DNA of 64,000 nucleotides from Bacillota bacterium (lineage in GTDB: Bacteria > Sysuimicrobiota > Sysuimicrobiia > Sysuimicrobiales > Segetimicrobiaceae). The first letter of the stretch is position 1, and each line of letters opens with the position of its first letter. The translations under genes were made by a program, and so were the position numbers. Below, one piece after another: positions 27,036 through 35,673 of this stretch. The notes below the pieces were generated by a model. That model did not search any database, had not been told where the DNA came from, and saw only the letters and a list, made by a program, of their open reading frames with translations. The stretch covers positions 58,006 through 122,005 of the forward strand of contig JAJPIA010000085.1 of the NCBI GenBank assembly GCA_021324975.1, written 5' to 3'.

Positions 27036-27931
27036 ATCCGTTCGACGACGCGCTCGCCGAGGAGGCCGCGCGGGCGGACCACGAGGATGACGATGAGGAT
27101 GCCGAACGCGACCACGTCCTTCCACCGGCTTGAGAAGTAGCCCGCGGCCAACCCCTCCAGCACGCCGAGGAGAAACCCCCCGACGACCGCCCCGGGGATG
27201 TTGCCGATGCCGCCGAGGACGGCCGCGGTAAAGGCCTTGAGGCCGATGAGGAACCCCATCAGGAACGAGATCTGCGAGTAGTAGAGGCCCGTCAGCACGC
27301 CGGCGAACGCCGCCAGCGTCGACCCGAGGAAGAACGTTAGGGCGACCACGCGGTTGACGTCGATGCCCATCAGCCGGGCGGCGTCCTGGTTGATCGCCAG
27401 CGCGCGCATCGCCATCCCGATCTTGGTGCGGTGGACGATCAGGTACAGCGCCGCCATCAGGACGAGGCCGGAGACGAAGATGATGATCTGGAGGCCCGAC
27501 ACGGAAATGTCGCCCAGGGACATGCCGGGAGTGTCGAAGAGGTGCGGGTACACCAGAAACGACGGGCTGTAGATGAGAAACAAGCCGTACTCGAGCGTGA
27601 GCGATGCGCCGATCGCGGAGATGAGGATCGACAGCCGCGCGTGCAGCAGCGGGCGGTACGCCACCCGGTAGACGAGCATCCCGAGGAGTCCCGTGCAGCC
27701 CATGGACACCACGAGGCCGAGCAGCGTCGTCAGGATCGGGTTGTCGACGTGCAGGAGCCGCAGCAGGCCGTACGTGGACAGCCCCAAAAACGCGCCGACC
27801 GCGTAGATGTCGCCGTGCGCGAAGTTGATGAGGCGGATGATGCCGTACACCATGGTGTAGCCGAGCGCGATGAGCGCGTAAAACGACCCCACCGTGAGGC
27901 CGTTCACCAGTTGCTGCAGTGCGACGGTCAT
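27032..27931 (-). CDS. livH: Branched-chain amino acid ABC transporter permease (LivH-type)
   Basis: 299-aa ORF. MTVALQQLVNGLTVGSFYALIALGYTMVYGIIRLINFAHGD is a canonical LivH N-terminus. Confidence 0.9.
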   Translation of the reverse strand: MTVALQQLVNGLTVGSFYALIALGYTMVYGIIRLINFAHGDIYAVGAFLGLSTYGLLRLLHVDNPILTTLLGLVVSMGCTGLLGMLVYRVAYRPLLHARLSILISAIGASLTLEYGLFLIYSPSFLVYPHLFDTPGMSLGDISVSGLQIIIFVSGLVLMAALYLIVHRTKIGMAMRALAINQDAARLMGIDVNRVVALTFFLGSTLAAFAGVLTGLYYSQISFLMGFLIGLKAFTAAVLGGIGNIPGAVVGGFLLGVLEGLAAGYFSSRWKDVVAFGILIVILVVRPRGLLGERVVERM

Positions 27932-28000
27932 GCCGCGCCGGAGGCCGAACCAGGGGACGCCCCGCCCTGCGGGGCGTCCCCAAACGACGCTATGGACGCA

Positions 28001-29131
28001 TCACGAGGAAACGTTGTAGGGCGTGAACTTCCCGCCCTTGATGATGTAGGGGATGTAGAGGATCGTGGTGCGGTCGCCCTTCTTGTCGAACCCGATGCTG
28101 CCGGTCGCGCCTTTGTAGCCCTTGGTCGCCGCGATGGCCTTGATGATCGCGGCGCGGTCGGTGCTGTGCGCCCGCTGGATCGCATTGATCACGATATTGA
28201 CGGCGTCGTACTCCAACGCGGAGTACGGTCCGGGGTCCTGGTTGAAGCGCTTCTTGTACCGGTCCACAAAGGCCTTCGCCGTCCCGAGATCCTGCGGCAG
28301 GGGGGTCGACGTCACAAAGTCACCCTCGGCCGCCGCGCCGGCTTCCGTTACAAAGGTCGGGTCGTTGTTGGCGTCCCCCGCCATGAATTTCCCGGACACG
28401 CCGAGGTCCTTGAACTGTTTGGCCAGCAGGCCGCCTTCCGGATAGTAGCCGGTGAAGTACGTTACGTCGGGCTTGAGGCTCTTGACCTTGGTCAGGACGG
28501 CGGAGAAGTCTTTCTCGCCCGGGGTGATCGCGTCGAAGAACACGACCTGCACGCCGGGCTTGCCGCTGAGCGCCGCCTTCGTCGCATCCGCCAGGCCCTT
28601 GGCGTACACGGTGTTGTCGTGGATGATCGCGACGCGATGCGCCTTGAGGGTCTTCGTCATGAAGCCCGCGGCGTACGGCCCCTGCTGATCGTCGCGGCCG
28701 ATGACCCGAAAGACGTTCTCGAAGCCCTGGTCCGTCAGCTTGGGGTTGCTCGAGGCGTCGGCCACAAACGCCACGCCGCTGTCGTGGTAGACGGCGCTCG
28801 CGGGAATGGCGGCCGACGAACAGTACCCGCCGGCCACGGCGACGACACCGGCGTCGACGAGCTTGTGCGCCGCCGTCACGCTCTGCTGCGCGTCGCACGC
28901 GTCGTCGAACGTCATGATCTCGAGCTTACGCCCGAGGACGCCGCCCTTGGCGTTCCACTCCTCGATGGCCAGCGTCGCGGCCTTGGAGATGTCGTCGCCC
29001 ATCTTGGCGTTGCCGCCGGACAACGGCACCGGGACACCGATCTTGATCGTCGCGCCCTGGGCCCCCGCGCCGAGCGCGGTCAGGGGCACGAGCAGTGCGA
29101 GCACTGCCACTACGGCACACCACTTTCGCAT
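28001..29131 (-). CDS. Liv-type (periplasmic binding protein type I) ABC substrate-binding protein
   Basis: ORF 28001..29341 trimmed to the ATG at 29131 (MRKWCAVVAVLALLVPLTALGAGAQG...), preceded by GGAGGAGGG. IKIGVPVPLSGGNAKMG is typical of Leu/Ile/Val-binding protein family members. Confidence 0.85.
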   Translation of the reverse strand: MRKWCAVVAVLALLVPLTALGAGAQGATIKIGVPVPLSGGNAKMGDDISKAATLAIEEWNAKGGVLGRKLEIMTFDDACDAQQSVTAAHKLVDAGVVAVAGGYCSSAAIPASAVYHDSGVAFVADASSNPKLTDQGFENVFRVIGRDDQQGPYAAGFMTKTLKAHRVAIIHDNTVYAKGLADATKAALSGKPGVQVVFFDAITPGEKDFSAVLTKVKSLKPDVTYFTGYYPEGGLLAKQFKDLGVSGKFMAGDANNDPTFVTEAGAAAEGDFVTSTPLPQDLGTAKAFVDRYKKRFNQDPGPYSALEYDAVNIVINAIQRAHSTDRAAIIKAIAATKGYKGATGSIGFDKKGDRTTILYIPYIIKGGKFTPYNVSS

Positions 29132-29514
29132 GCTGTCCCTCCTCCCCGGATCTCGGGTGTGCAGTGTCGCGGTCGCAGACGAGCGGGTGCGTATGCCGAG
29201 CACGCTTCTCCGCACCGGAGGCAAGTCCTCCTCCGCCCGCGCCGCGCCGCCCGAATCCACTAATGCGTCATTGCATTGCTTCGGCAAGGGCTGGTGCCGG
29301 GCGGACCTATCCTCCGCTCCACGCACCCGACGCCTGACCACGCCGTGCCCTCGCTTAGTCCGCGGCGCAAGTGAAGCGATGCCACGCAGCCGTCAGCATC
29401 GCGGGCGTCGGTCGAGGCCCTCGTTGGATTGGATTTATGAGGGCCGAGACCAACGCCCGCTTCGGCCAGGCCCGCCCGACACCTCTACCCTCGTCGCACA
29501 TACGACATGGAGCA

Positions 29515-30912
29515 CTAGGTTCCCCGGCCTGCGAGCTCGGCCCGCACCGCGTGGAGCACTTCCACGCTCGCGTCGACGACCCGGTCCGCCTCGCCCCGCT
29601 CGAGCGGGGTGTTGCTGATCCCGTACGCCCACCGGTACCGGTCCTGGTCCAAGATCTCGGCGAGCGAGACGTCCGGGAGCCGATCGAACTCCTCGGCGCC
29701 GGGTAGGTAGCCGAGGTAGTCGTTACTGTACCCCAACACGAGCGTCGTCCCGAACGGGCTTCGCTCGCGGATCCGCCGGCCGCCCCCATTGAAGAGCTCG
29801 AAGGGGTTCGCCGCCACCGCGACGTCCCCCACCGCGAGGACCTGCAGCTCCGCGTTCATCGGCTCATCCGCGAGGCGCAGCATCTCCCTGTACATCGCGA
29901 CGGCCCCTTTCTGATACAAGACGGGAAAACGCTGCGCCGAGTTCATTGTGTGGAGGCCCGCCGGCCATGCCTCCGGATAGCGCGGCTCCGGGAGGCCTGC
30001 CAGTTTGGACTCCATCGCCAGGATCTCGTCACGGGTCCACGGCAGCCGTCGCCGCCGGAGGGCGATCGTGTGGCTCAGCCCCGCGACCGGGGCGTGCGGC
30101 CGGGTGCTCAAGCGCGGAAGCAGGTCGAGGACCCGCAGAGCCAGGGCCTTGCCCAGCCGATCCCGGTGCTCGTACGTCTGCGGGAGCGCCTCGGGATTGC
30201 CGAACCAGTAATTCCACGGGCCGACGTCTCCGGCGCATCCCTGCCCAAACATCGCCACGACGCCCGGATGCGCGCCGGCGATCGCAGCGCGGAACGGCGC
30301 CGGGAACTCTGCGTTCCACAAGAGGGTGTGACCGGCCATCAAAATCGGATGGCACGCGAAGGACGTCACGACGGCAATCGGCCGGCCGTCATCACCGTCA
30401 ACCCTGAGCACGGCGACGGTGTCGTCCACCGCCTGCTCGGGCAGGACCCGGTTCACCGTCAGGCCTGGTGCTCGGGTGGTCCCGCCCCCCACGCTCGCCG
30501 GGCGCCGGTGGTAGTGTGCCGCGTAGACGGTTCCCGCGAGCAGGTCGGGGAGCGCGTGCTCGTAGCCCTCGAACCCGCTCTGGTGATCGAGCGCCGCCAG
30601 GCCGGCACCGCGGGACAACCTCGGCGCGCTGTGGTTGTGCGACGCGTTGAGCAGCACCGCCTCGGGCGGGATGCCCGTGCGCGCGTGCACGCGTGCCCGC
30701 ACCGTGCGGGCAAGCGCATGCCCCGCGAACAAGAGGTCGCACGTCAGGAGCGCCACGGTCCGCCGGCCGTCGTCGAGCACGAGGGCCTGGGCGAGGAGCG
30801 GCTCGTGCCGCCCTACGGATACACCGGTACGGAGGCGCCACGCACCGTGCGGCAGTCCGTACGGCGGCGTGATGTCGGCCTCTGCCGCCCCAGCCAGCAG
30901 CGCGCTCACCAT
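29515..30912 (-). CDS. Neutral/alkaline ceramidase-like amidohydrolase family protein (paralog 1)
   Basis: ORF 29515..31050 trimmed to the ATG at 30912 (MVSALLAGAAEADITPPYGLPHGAW...). The conserved SHNHSAP block is present. It is a clear paralog of 35674..37092. Confidence 0.65.
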   Translation of the reverse strand: MVSALLAGAAEADITPPYGLPHGAWRLRTGVSVGRHEPLLAQALVLDDGRRTVALLTCDLLFAGHALARTVRARVHARTGIPPEAVLLNASHNHSAPRLSRGAGLAALDHQSGFEGYEHALPDLLAGTVYAAHYHRRPASVGGGTTRAPGLTVNRVLPEQAVDDTVAVLRVDGDDGRPIAVVTSFACHPILMAGHTLLWNAEFPAPFRAAIAGAHPGVVAMFGQGCAGDVGPWNYWFGNPEALPQTYEHRDRLGKALALRVLDLLPRLSTRPHAPVAGLSHTIALRRRRLPWTRDEILAMESKLAGLPEPRYPEAWPAGLHTMNSAQRFPVLYQKGAVAMYREMLRLADEPMNAELQVLAVGDVAVAANPFELFNGGGRRIRERSPFGTTLVLGYSNDYLGYLPGAEEFDRLPDVSLAEILDQDRYRWAYGISNTPLERGEADRVVDASVEVLHAVRAELAGRGT

Positions 30913-30931
30913 GACCGTGTCATGCTCCTCC

Positions 30932-31957
30932 TCATTCGAGCAGCTCGTCTCGCCCGCACCGTTGTCCGGTGACCACGAGGCAGTCACCCTGCCCGGTGGT
31001 GGCGATGGCCCGGATCGAGCACACCACCCCGGCGGTCTCCGCGTGGACATCCACGGGCGGTCGATCCGGCCGCTCCGGAAAGTGTAGCCGTCCCAGGGGC
31101 TCGCCGGCGCCCACCTCCTGGCCGAGGGTCACCAGCGTCTCGAACAGCCCGCTCTCGGGCGCGAGCACATAGTCGTCCGCGCTCACGGCCCGTAGGATGA
31201 CCGGCGGCGGGAGCCCGCGGGATGCGCGCGTCGCGGCCGTTCCCGCGAGCACGCCCAGATGCCGCAGGAAGTTGCGGAGGCCGTGCTCGGCCAAGCGGTG
31301 GATCGCGGCCGTGGTGTGGCCGCCCCCGCCCAGTTCTGTCCCGATGGTGATCTTGCCCTGGCGCTCGGCCTCGTCCACGAGCAGGCCGCCGCCCGCGATG
31401 TTAATGTAGATGAAGTGGTAGTCCGTGCCCCACGCGAGCATGGCGTCGACCATCGCCCCGCGCTGCGCGCGGTCTGTCACCATGTGCATCTCCGACCACG
31501 GCAGGCACATCATCGAGCGCCCGCCGCTGTGGAGATCGCAGACCGCGTCCGTGAGCGGGAACAGCACGCGTGTCACGTAATCGGCGAGCTGCTGATCCGG
31601 CGCGCCGGTCGCCGACCCCGGGAAACTGCGGTTGAGGTTCGCGCCGTCCGGCCACAGGCGCGAGTATGCGCGGGACGCGTCCGGGGACATGCACGGCAGG
31701 ATGATGAGCCGCCCCCTGACGTGCTCCGGCTCCGTCTCGCGCGCCAGGTTGAGCGCGGCAACCTGTCCCTCCGGCTCGTCCCCGTGCACGCCCGCGGTGA
31801 TGAGCACCGAGGGGCCGCGGCCGTTCTGGATGCAGACGGCGGGGACGAACAGGTTGGACCAGCCGCTCTCGTTCGTTGAGCGGGGCACCTGCAGCCGCCC
31901 TACCTGCTTGCCGGGGCGTTCGAAGTCAACGGTGCTGGTGACGGCCACGTCGCTCAT
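30932..31957 (-). CDS. Succinylglutamate desuccinylase/aspartoacylase (AstE/AspA, M14-like) family deacylase
   Basis: 341-aa ORF with zinc-ligand blocks GVHGDEPEG, LNRSFPG and CDLHSGG. Confidence 0.82.
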   Translation of the reverse strand: MSDVAVTSTVDFERPGKQVGRLQVPRSTNESGWSNLFVPAVCIQNGRGPSVLITAGVHGDEPEGQVAALNLARETEPEHVRGRLIILPCMSPDASRAYSRLWPDGANLNRSFPGSATGAPDQQLADYVTRVLFPLTDAVCDLHSGGRSMMCLPWSEMHMVTDRAQRGAMVDAMLAWGTDYHFIYINIAGGGLLVDEAERQGKITIGTELGGGGHTTAAIHRLAEHGLRNFLRHLGVLAGTAATRASRGLPPPVILRAVSADDYVLAPESGLFETLVTLGQEVGAGEPLGRLHFPERPDRPPVDVHAETAGVVCSIRAIATTGQGDCLVVTGQRCGRDELLE

Positions 31958-31963
31958 CGACGG

Positions 31964-32851
31964 CTAGACCTCGCGGAGCTGGGGGTCCAGCAGATCCCGC
32001 AGCCCGTCCCCCAGAAAGTTGAACCCCAACACGACCAGCATGATCGCGACGCCGGGGTACACCGCAAGCCAGGGCGCCAGCTCCATGTACGACCGCGACG
32101 CGTTGAGCATGCTGCCCCACGACGGCTCAGGCGGCTGGGTGCCCAGGCCGAGGAAGCTCAGCGCGGCTTCGGTCAAGATCGCGGTCGACAGATACGCCGT
32201 GGTCAGGATGAGGACCGGGGCGATCAGATTCGGCACCAGGTGGCGCGCGATGATCCGGGCGTCGGACGCGCCCAGGCTGCGGGCCGCCTCCACGTGCGGC
32301 AGGCTCATGACGCTCAGCGCGGAGCCCCGCACGACGCGGCCGAACGCCGGCGCATACACGATCCCGATCGCGATCATCGCGTTCACGCGGCTCGGCCCCA
32401 GCAGCCCGGAAATGAGGATGGCCAGCACGAGGCCGGGCACGGCAAACATGACGTCGATCGTCCGCATCACCACGGCGTCCGTGCGTCCCCTGTAGAACCC
32501 GGCGAGGATCCCGGCTGCGCCGCCCAGGACGAAGGCGATCACGACGGCGATGATGCCCACCTCGAGCGAGACCCACGCGCCGTGGAGCACGCGCGCCAGC
32601 TCGTCCCGTCCGAGCTCATCGGTCCCCATGGGGTGGGCGGCGCTCGGCGGCAACAGGCGGCGCGCGGCCTCGCTCGCATAGTCGACGCGCCACGCGACGG
32701 GTCCCAGGGCCGCGGCGACCACGGTCGCGAAGATGATCGCGGCGCCGGCGAGACCGATCGGGTTGCTGAGCGCGCGCCGGAGCGGCCGGGAGCGCCGCCG
32801 GGGCCCAACGACGGCCGCGTCGGCGCGCAGGGCGGTCGAGGTCACGCTCAC
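31964..32851 (-). CDS. Dpp/Opp-type ABC transporter permease (DppC-like)
   Basis: The C-terminal 295 aa of ORF 31964..33415, from the GTG at 32851 (GTGA overlap). It has a hydrophobic core and the EAA-loop region (VEAARSLGASDARIIARHLVPN). Confidence 0.85.
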   Translation of the reverse strand: MSVTSTALRADAAVVGPRRRSRPLRRALSNPIGLAGAAIIFATVVAAALGPVAWRVDYASEAARRLLPPSAAHPMGTDELGRDELARVLHGAWVSLEVGIIAVVIAFVLGGAAGILAGFYRGRTDAVVMRTIDVMFAVPGLVLAILISGLLGPSRVNAMIAIGIVYAPAFGRVVRGSALSVMSLPHVEAARSLGASDARIIARHLVPNLIAPVLILTTAYLSTAILTEAALSFLGLGTQPPEPSWGSMLNASRSYMELAPWLAVYPGVAIMLVVLGFNFLGDGLRDLLDPQLREV

Positions 32852-33798
32852 GCCGGCGCGATCCGCGGGTCCACGACCCCGTACAACAGGTCCACCAGCA
32901 GGTTGATGAATACGAACACCGCCGCGAGAAACATGGCCGAGATCTCGATCACCGGATAGTCGCGTCCGAAGATCCCCTGCACAAGCGTGTAGCCCATGCC
33001 CGGCAGCCCGAAGATCACCTCGACGACCGTGGCCCCGCCCATCAAGTTGCCCACTTGGAACCCGATCACGGTGATCACGGGGATCAGCGAGTTGCGGAGC
33101 GCATGGCGGAAGACGACGGAGCGCGCCGATGCTCCTTTTGCCCGGGCCGTCCGGATGTAGTCCAGGCCGAGGACCTCGAGCATGGTGCCCCGCGTCATGC
33201 GCATGACGTTCGCCATCAGATACACCGAGATCGCGACCGCGGGGATCGCCATTTGGCGCAGGTTGCCCCACAGGTCCTGCCACGGGGGGATCCAGGTCAC
33301 CGGCGGAATCCAGTGAAACACGAGCGATCCCACCAGCAGGGCGAGGGTGGCGAACCAGAAGTTCGGCACCGAGAGCCCCGCCAGCCCCGCGATGCGCGCG
33401 ATCAGGTCGGCCCACGTGTTGCGCCGCACCGCGGACAGCACGCCGAGGGGGATCCCGACGGCGGTCGCGAGGACAACGGCCAGCACGGCGAGTTCGCCGG
33501 TAATGGGAATCGCGCGGGCCATGATCCCGCTGATCGGCTCGCCGCTCGTCAACGAGGCGCCAAGGCGGCCGCTGAGGACGCCCTCGATCAACTTCACGTA
33601 CTGGACGGGCAGCGGATCGGCCAGGCCGAGCGCTCGGCGGACCGCCGCCTTCGCGCCGGCGCTCGCGCCCACGTCGCCGGTCAACATCGCGTCCACGACG
33701 TCGCCCGGCAGCAGCCGTACCAGGGCGAAGATCAAGAGGGACATCCCGAGAAGCGTTGGGATGACCAGCAGGAGACGTCCGGCGACGTAGCGGGTCAC
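32848..33798 (-). CDS. Dpp/Opp-type ABC transporter permease (DppB-like)
   Basis: ORF 32848..33900 trimmed to the GTG at 33798 (VTRYVAGRLLLVIPTLLGMSLLIFALVRLLPGD...). DYIRTARAKGASARSVVFRHALRN is present. Confidence 0.85.
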   Translation of the reverse strand: MTRYVAGRLLLVIPTLLGMSLLIFALVRLLPGDVVDAMLTGDVGASAGAKAAVRRALGLADPLPVQYVKLIEGVLSGRLGASLTSGEPISGIMARAIPITGELAVLAVVLATAVGIPLGVLSAVRRNTWADLIARIAGLAGLSVPNFWFATLALLVGSLVFHWIPPVTWIPPWQDLWGNLRQMAIPAVAISVYLMANVMRMTRGTMLEVLGLDYIRTARAKGASARSVVFRHALRNSLIPVITVIGFQVGNLMGGATVVEVIFGLPGMGYTLVQGIFGRDYPVIEISAMFLAAVFVFINLLVDLLYGVVDPRIAPA

Positions 33799-33969
33799 GG
33801 CCCGCTCCCCCGGCGAGCGCGCCACCCCGCGGCGTGCGCCATCAGCCCGCGCGCTCCCCCGTGACCGCGGTGCGGGCACCGCGGCGCCGCACCGCCGCAT
33901 CCGCGGCCGGCGTCGCCGTCACAGGGCAGATTCCCGGGTCCGGGCAGCGAGGCGCGGTGCGAACGCCGC

Positions 33970-35604
33970 TCAGGCGAGCCACGCCGCGATCAGGCCGCGC
34001 TCGGTGCCGTCGTACGCCAGGTACATGCCGTTGAGACGCCTGCGCACTACCTGGTAGTACATGGGGTTCACCAACGGCACGGCCGGCCAGTCCGTGAGCA
34101 CGATCTCCTGCAGGCGGCGGTAGATGGGGAGGCGCTTCACCGGCAATGGCTCGTGCAGCCCCTGGTAATACAGGCTCGTCAGTTCCTGGTTGTGATATCC
34201 GCGGTACCACGCCTTGTCGATCGCACCGGTAGGATCGAAGTCGCTGAAGAACCCGCTCGGGTCGCCGCGCATGCCGCGGCCGGTGGACTGCCACTCAAAC
34301 GCGCCCTCGCCGTTATTCTTGGCGAACGTCCCGATCTCGAGCGGCTGCACCGTCACGTTGATGTTGATCTGTCGCAGCTGCTCCTTGATGACCTCGGCGA
34401 TCTGCGTGTAGTCCTGAGGATGGGCGATCGACTGCAGCGTCACCGAGAACCCGCCCGCGACGCCGGCGTCGGCCATCAACTGCTTGGCCCTGGGCAGGTC
34501 GAATTTCTGGTACGTGCTCTTGAGCGCGCTGTCCGGAATCGGCCAGTCGCCGTACCCCGGCGGGATCTTGCTCGAGTACAGCGCGTCGCCGCCGTAGACT
34601 TTGTCGATGATCTCCTGACGATTGATCGCCGCGCTGACGGCCTGGCGCACCTTGGCGTTGTCCCACAGCTTGCCGTCGCCCCGGATGGTCATCTCCATCT
34701 CGCGGAACACCGCGGTCAGCCCCTTCAGCACGGCGAGCGACGGGTCGCCGCCGAGGATCCTGACCGAGTCCGTGGAGACGGTGGTGCCGTCGATCGCGCC
34801 GGAGCGCAATCCGGCCACGCGGGCCTGCTCATCCTGCAGCACCTTCATCGTGATGCCGTCGAGCCGCGGTAGATCCGGATTCCAGTACGCGGCGTTGCGG
34901 GCGAGCGTGGTGTGATCGTTCGGGACGTACTCCACGAGCTTGAACGGACCGGTCCCGTCGGCGTGGGTGCGCAGGTCCATGCGGTCGTACAGGCCCTTCG
35001 GGATGATCCACGAGTACCGGCCCCACGCCAGGTATCCGAGCACGGTGGCGTCCGGCTCGGACATGTGCAGCCGCACGGTCAGCGGATCCACAACCTCCAC
35101 GCTCGCGATCTTGGGGTAGAATCCTTGGACCACGCCCGGCGGCGGCGGCGTCTTTTGCAGATCGAGCGAGTACTTGACGTCCTCCGCGTCGAACGGCTTC
35201 CCGCTGTGGAACTTGACGCCGCGGCGCAGCTTGAAGACGTAGGTCCTGCTGTCGGGAATCTGCCACGACTCGGCCAGCGCCGGGATCACCTTGAGCGACC
35301 GGTCCCAGGCCAAGAGCGATTCATACACCAGCGACGTGATTTCGAACGCCGATCCGTTGACCCCGCCAAACGGCGCGAGCTGGGCCGGGTCCGACGTCAT
35401 GGCCCACGTCACCGTGCCTCCGCGCTTCGGCGCCGCGGCGGCGGCCTCGGCGACCGCGATGCCGCGCGCGCCACCCACGAGGCGCGCTATCGCGGCGGTG
35501 CCGCCCGCGGCCAACCCCGCGCGCACGAGTTCCCGCCGCGTTAAGGAACGGCCACGTGCCCCCGATTCCACGATCGGGTCGGTCGTGCGGTGTCGTCTCA
35601 TCAC
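33970..35604 (-). CDS. ABC transporter substrate-binding protein, family 5 (peptide/nickel/opine type), Tat signal
   Basis: 544-aa ORF with a twin-arginine leader (SLTRRELVRAGLAAGG...) and an SBP_bac_5-like body (GGTVTWAMTSDPAQLAP...WQIPDSRTYVFKLRRGVKFHSG). Confidence 0.85.
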   Translation of the reverse strand: MMRRHRTTDPIVESGARGRSLTRRELVRAGLAAGGTAAIARLVGGARGIAVAEAAAAAPKRGGTVTWAMTSDPAQLAPFGGVNGSAFEITSLVYESLLAWDRSLKVIPALAESWQIPDSRTYVFKLRRGVKFHSGKPFDAEDVKYSLDLQKTPPPPGVVQGFYPKIASVEVVDPLTVRLHMSEPDATVLGYLAWGRYSWIIPKGLYDRMDLRTHADGTGPFKLVEYVPNDHTTLARNAAYWNPDLPRLDGITMKVLQDEQARVAGLRSGAIDGTTVSTDSVRILGGDPSLAVLKGLTAVFREMEMTIRGDGKLWDNAKVRQAVSAAINRQEIIDKVYGGDALYSSKIPPGYGDWPIPDSALKSTYQKFDLPRAKQLMADAGVAGGFSVTLQSIAHPQDYTQIAEVIKEQLRQININVTVQPLEIGTFAKNNGEGAFEWQSTGRGMRGDPSGFFSDFDPTGAIDKAWYRGYHNQELTSLYYQGLHEPLPVKRLPIYRRLQEIVLTDWPAVPLVNPMYYQVVRRRLNGMYLAYDGTERGLIAAWLA

Positions 35605-35673
35605 GGCATCCCCCTCCCTCGTCTGTAGCGGCCGCGCCCGGCGTCGCCCGGTTGGGCGGCTACGATCGGGACG

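Noticed and set aside
29132-29514. The 383-bp gap upstream of the Liv-type binding protein gene, considered as a riboswitch or T-box leader. It contains an AATGC-N6-GCATT inverted repeat near 29262-29277 and a GGATTGGATT repeat near 29425-29434.
   Set aside because: I recognised no known riboswitch core sequences and no convincing promoter hexamers or terminator. The repeats are short enough to be chance. This is worth a cmscan, but I cannot support it as a feature.
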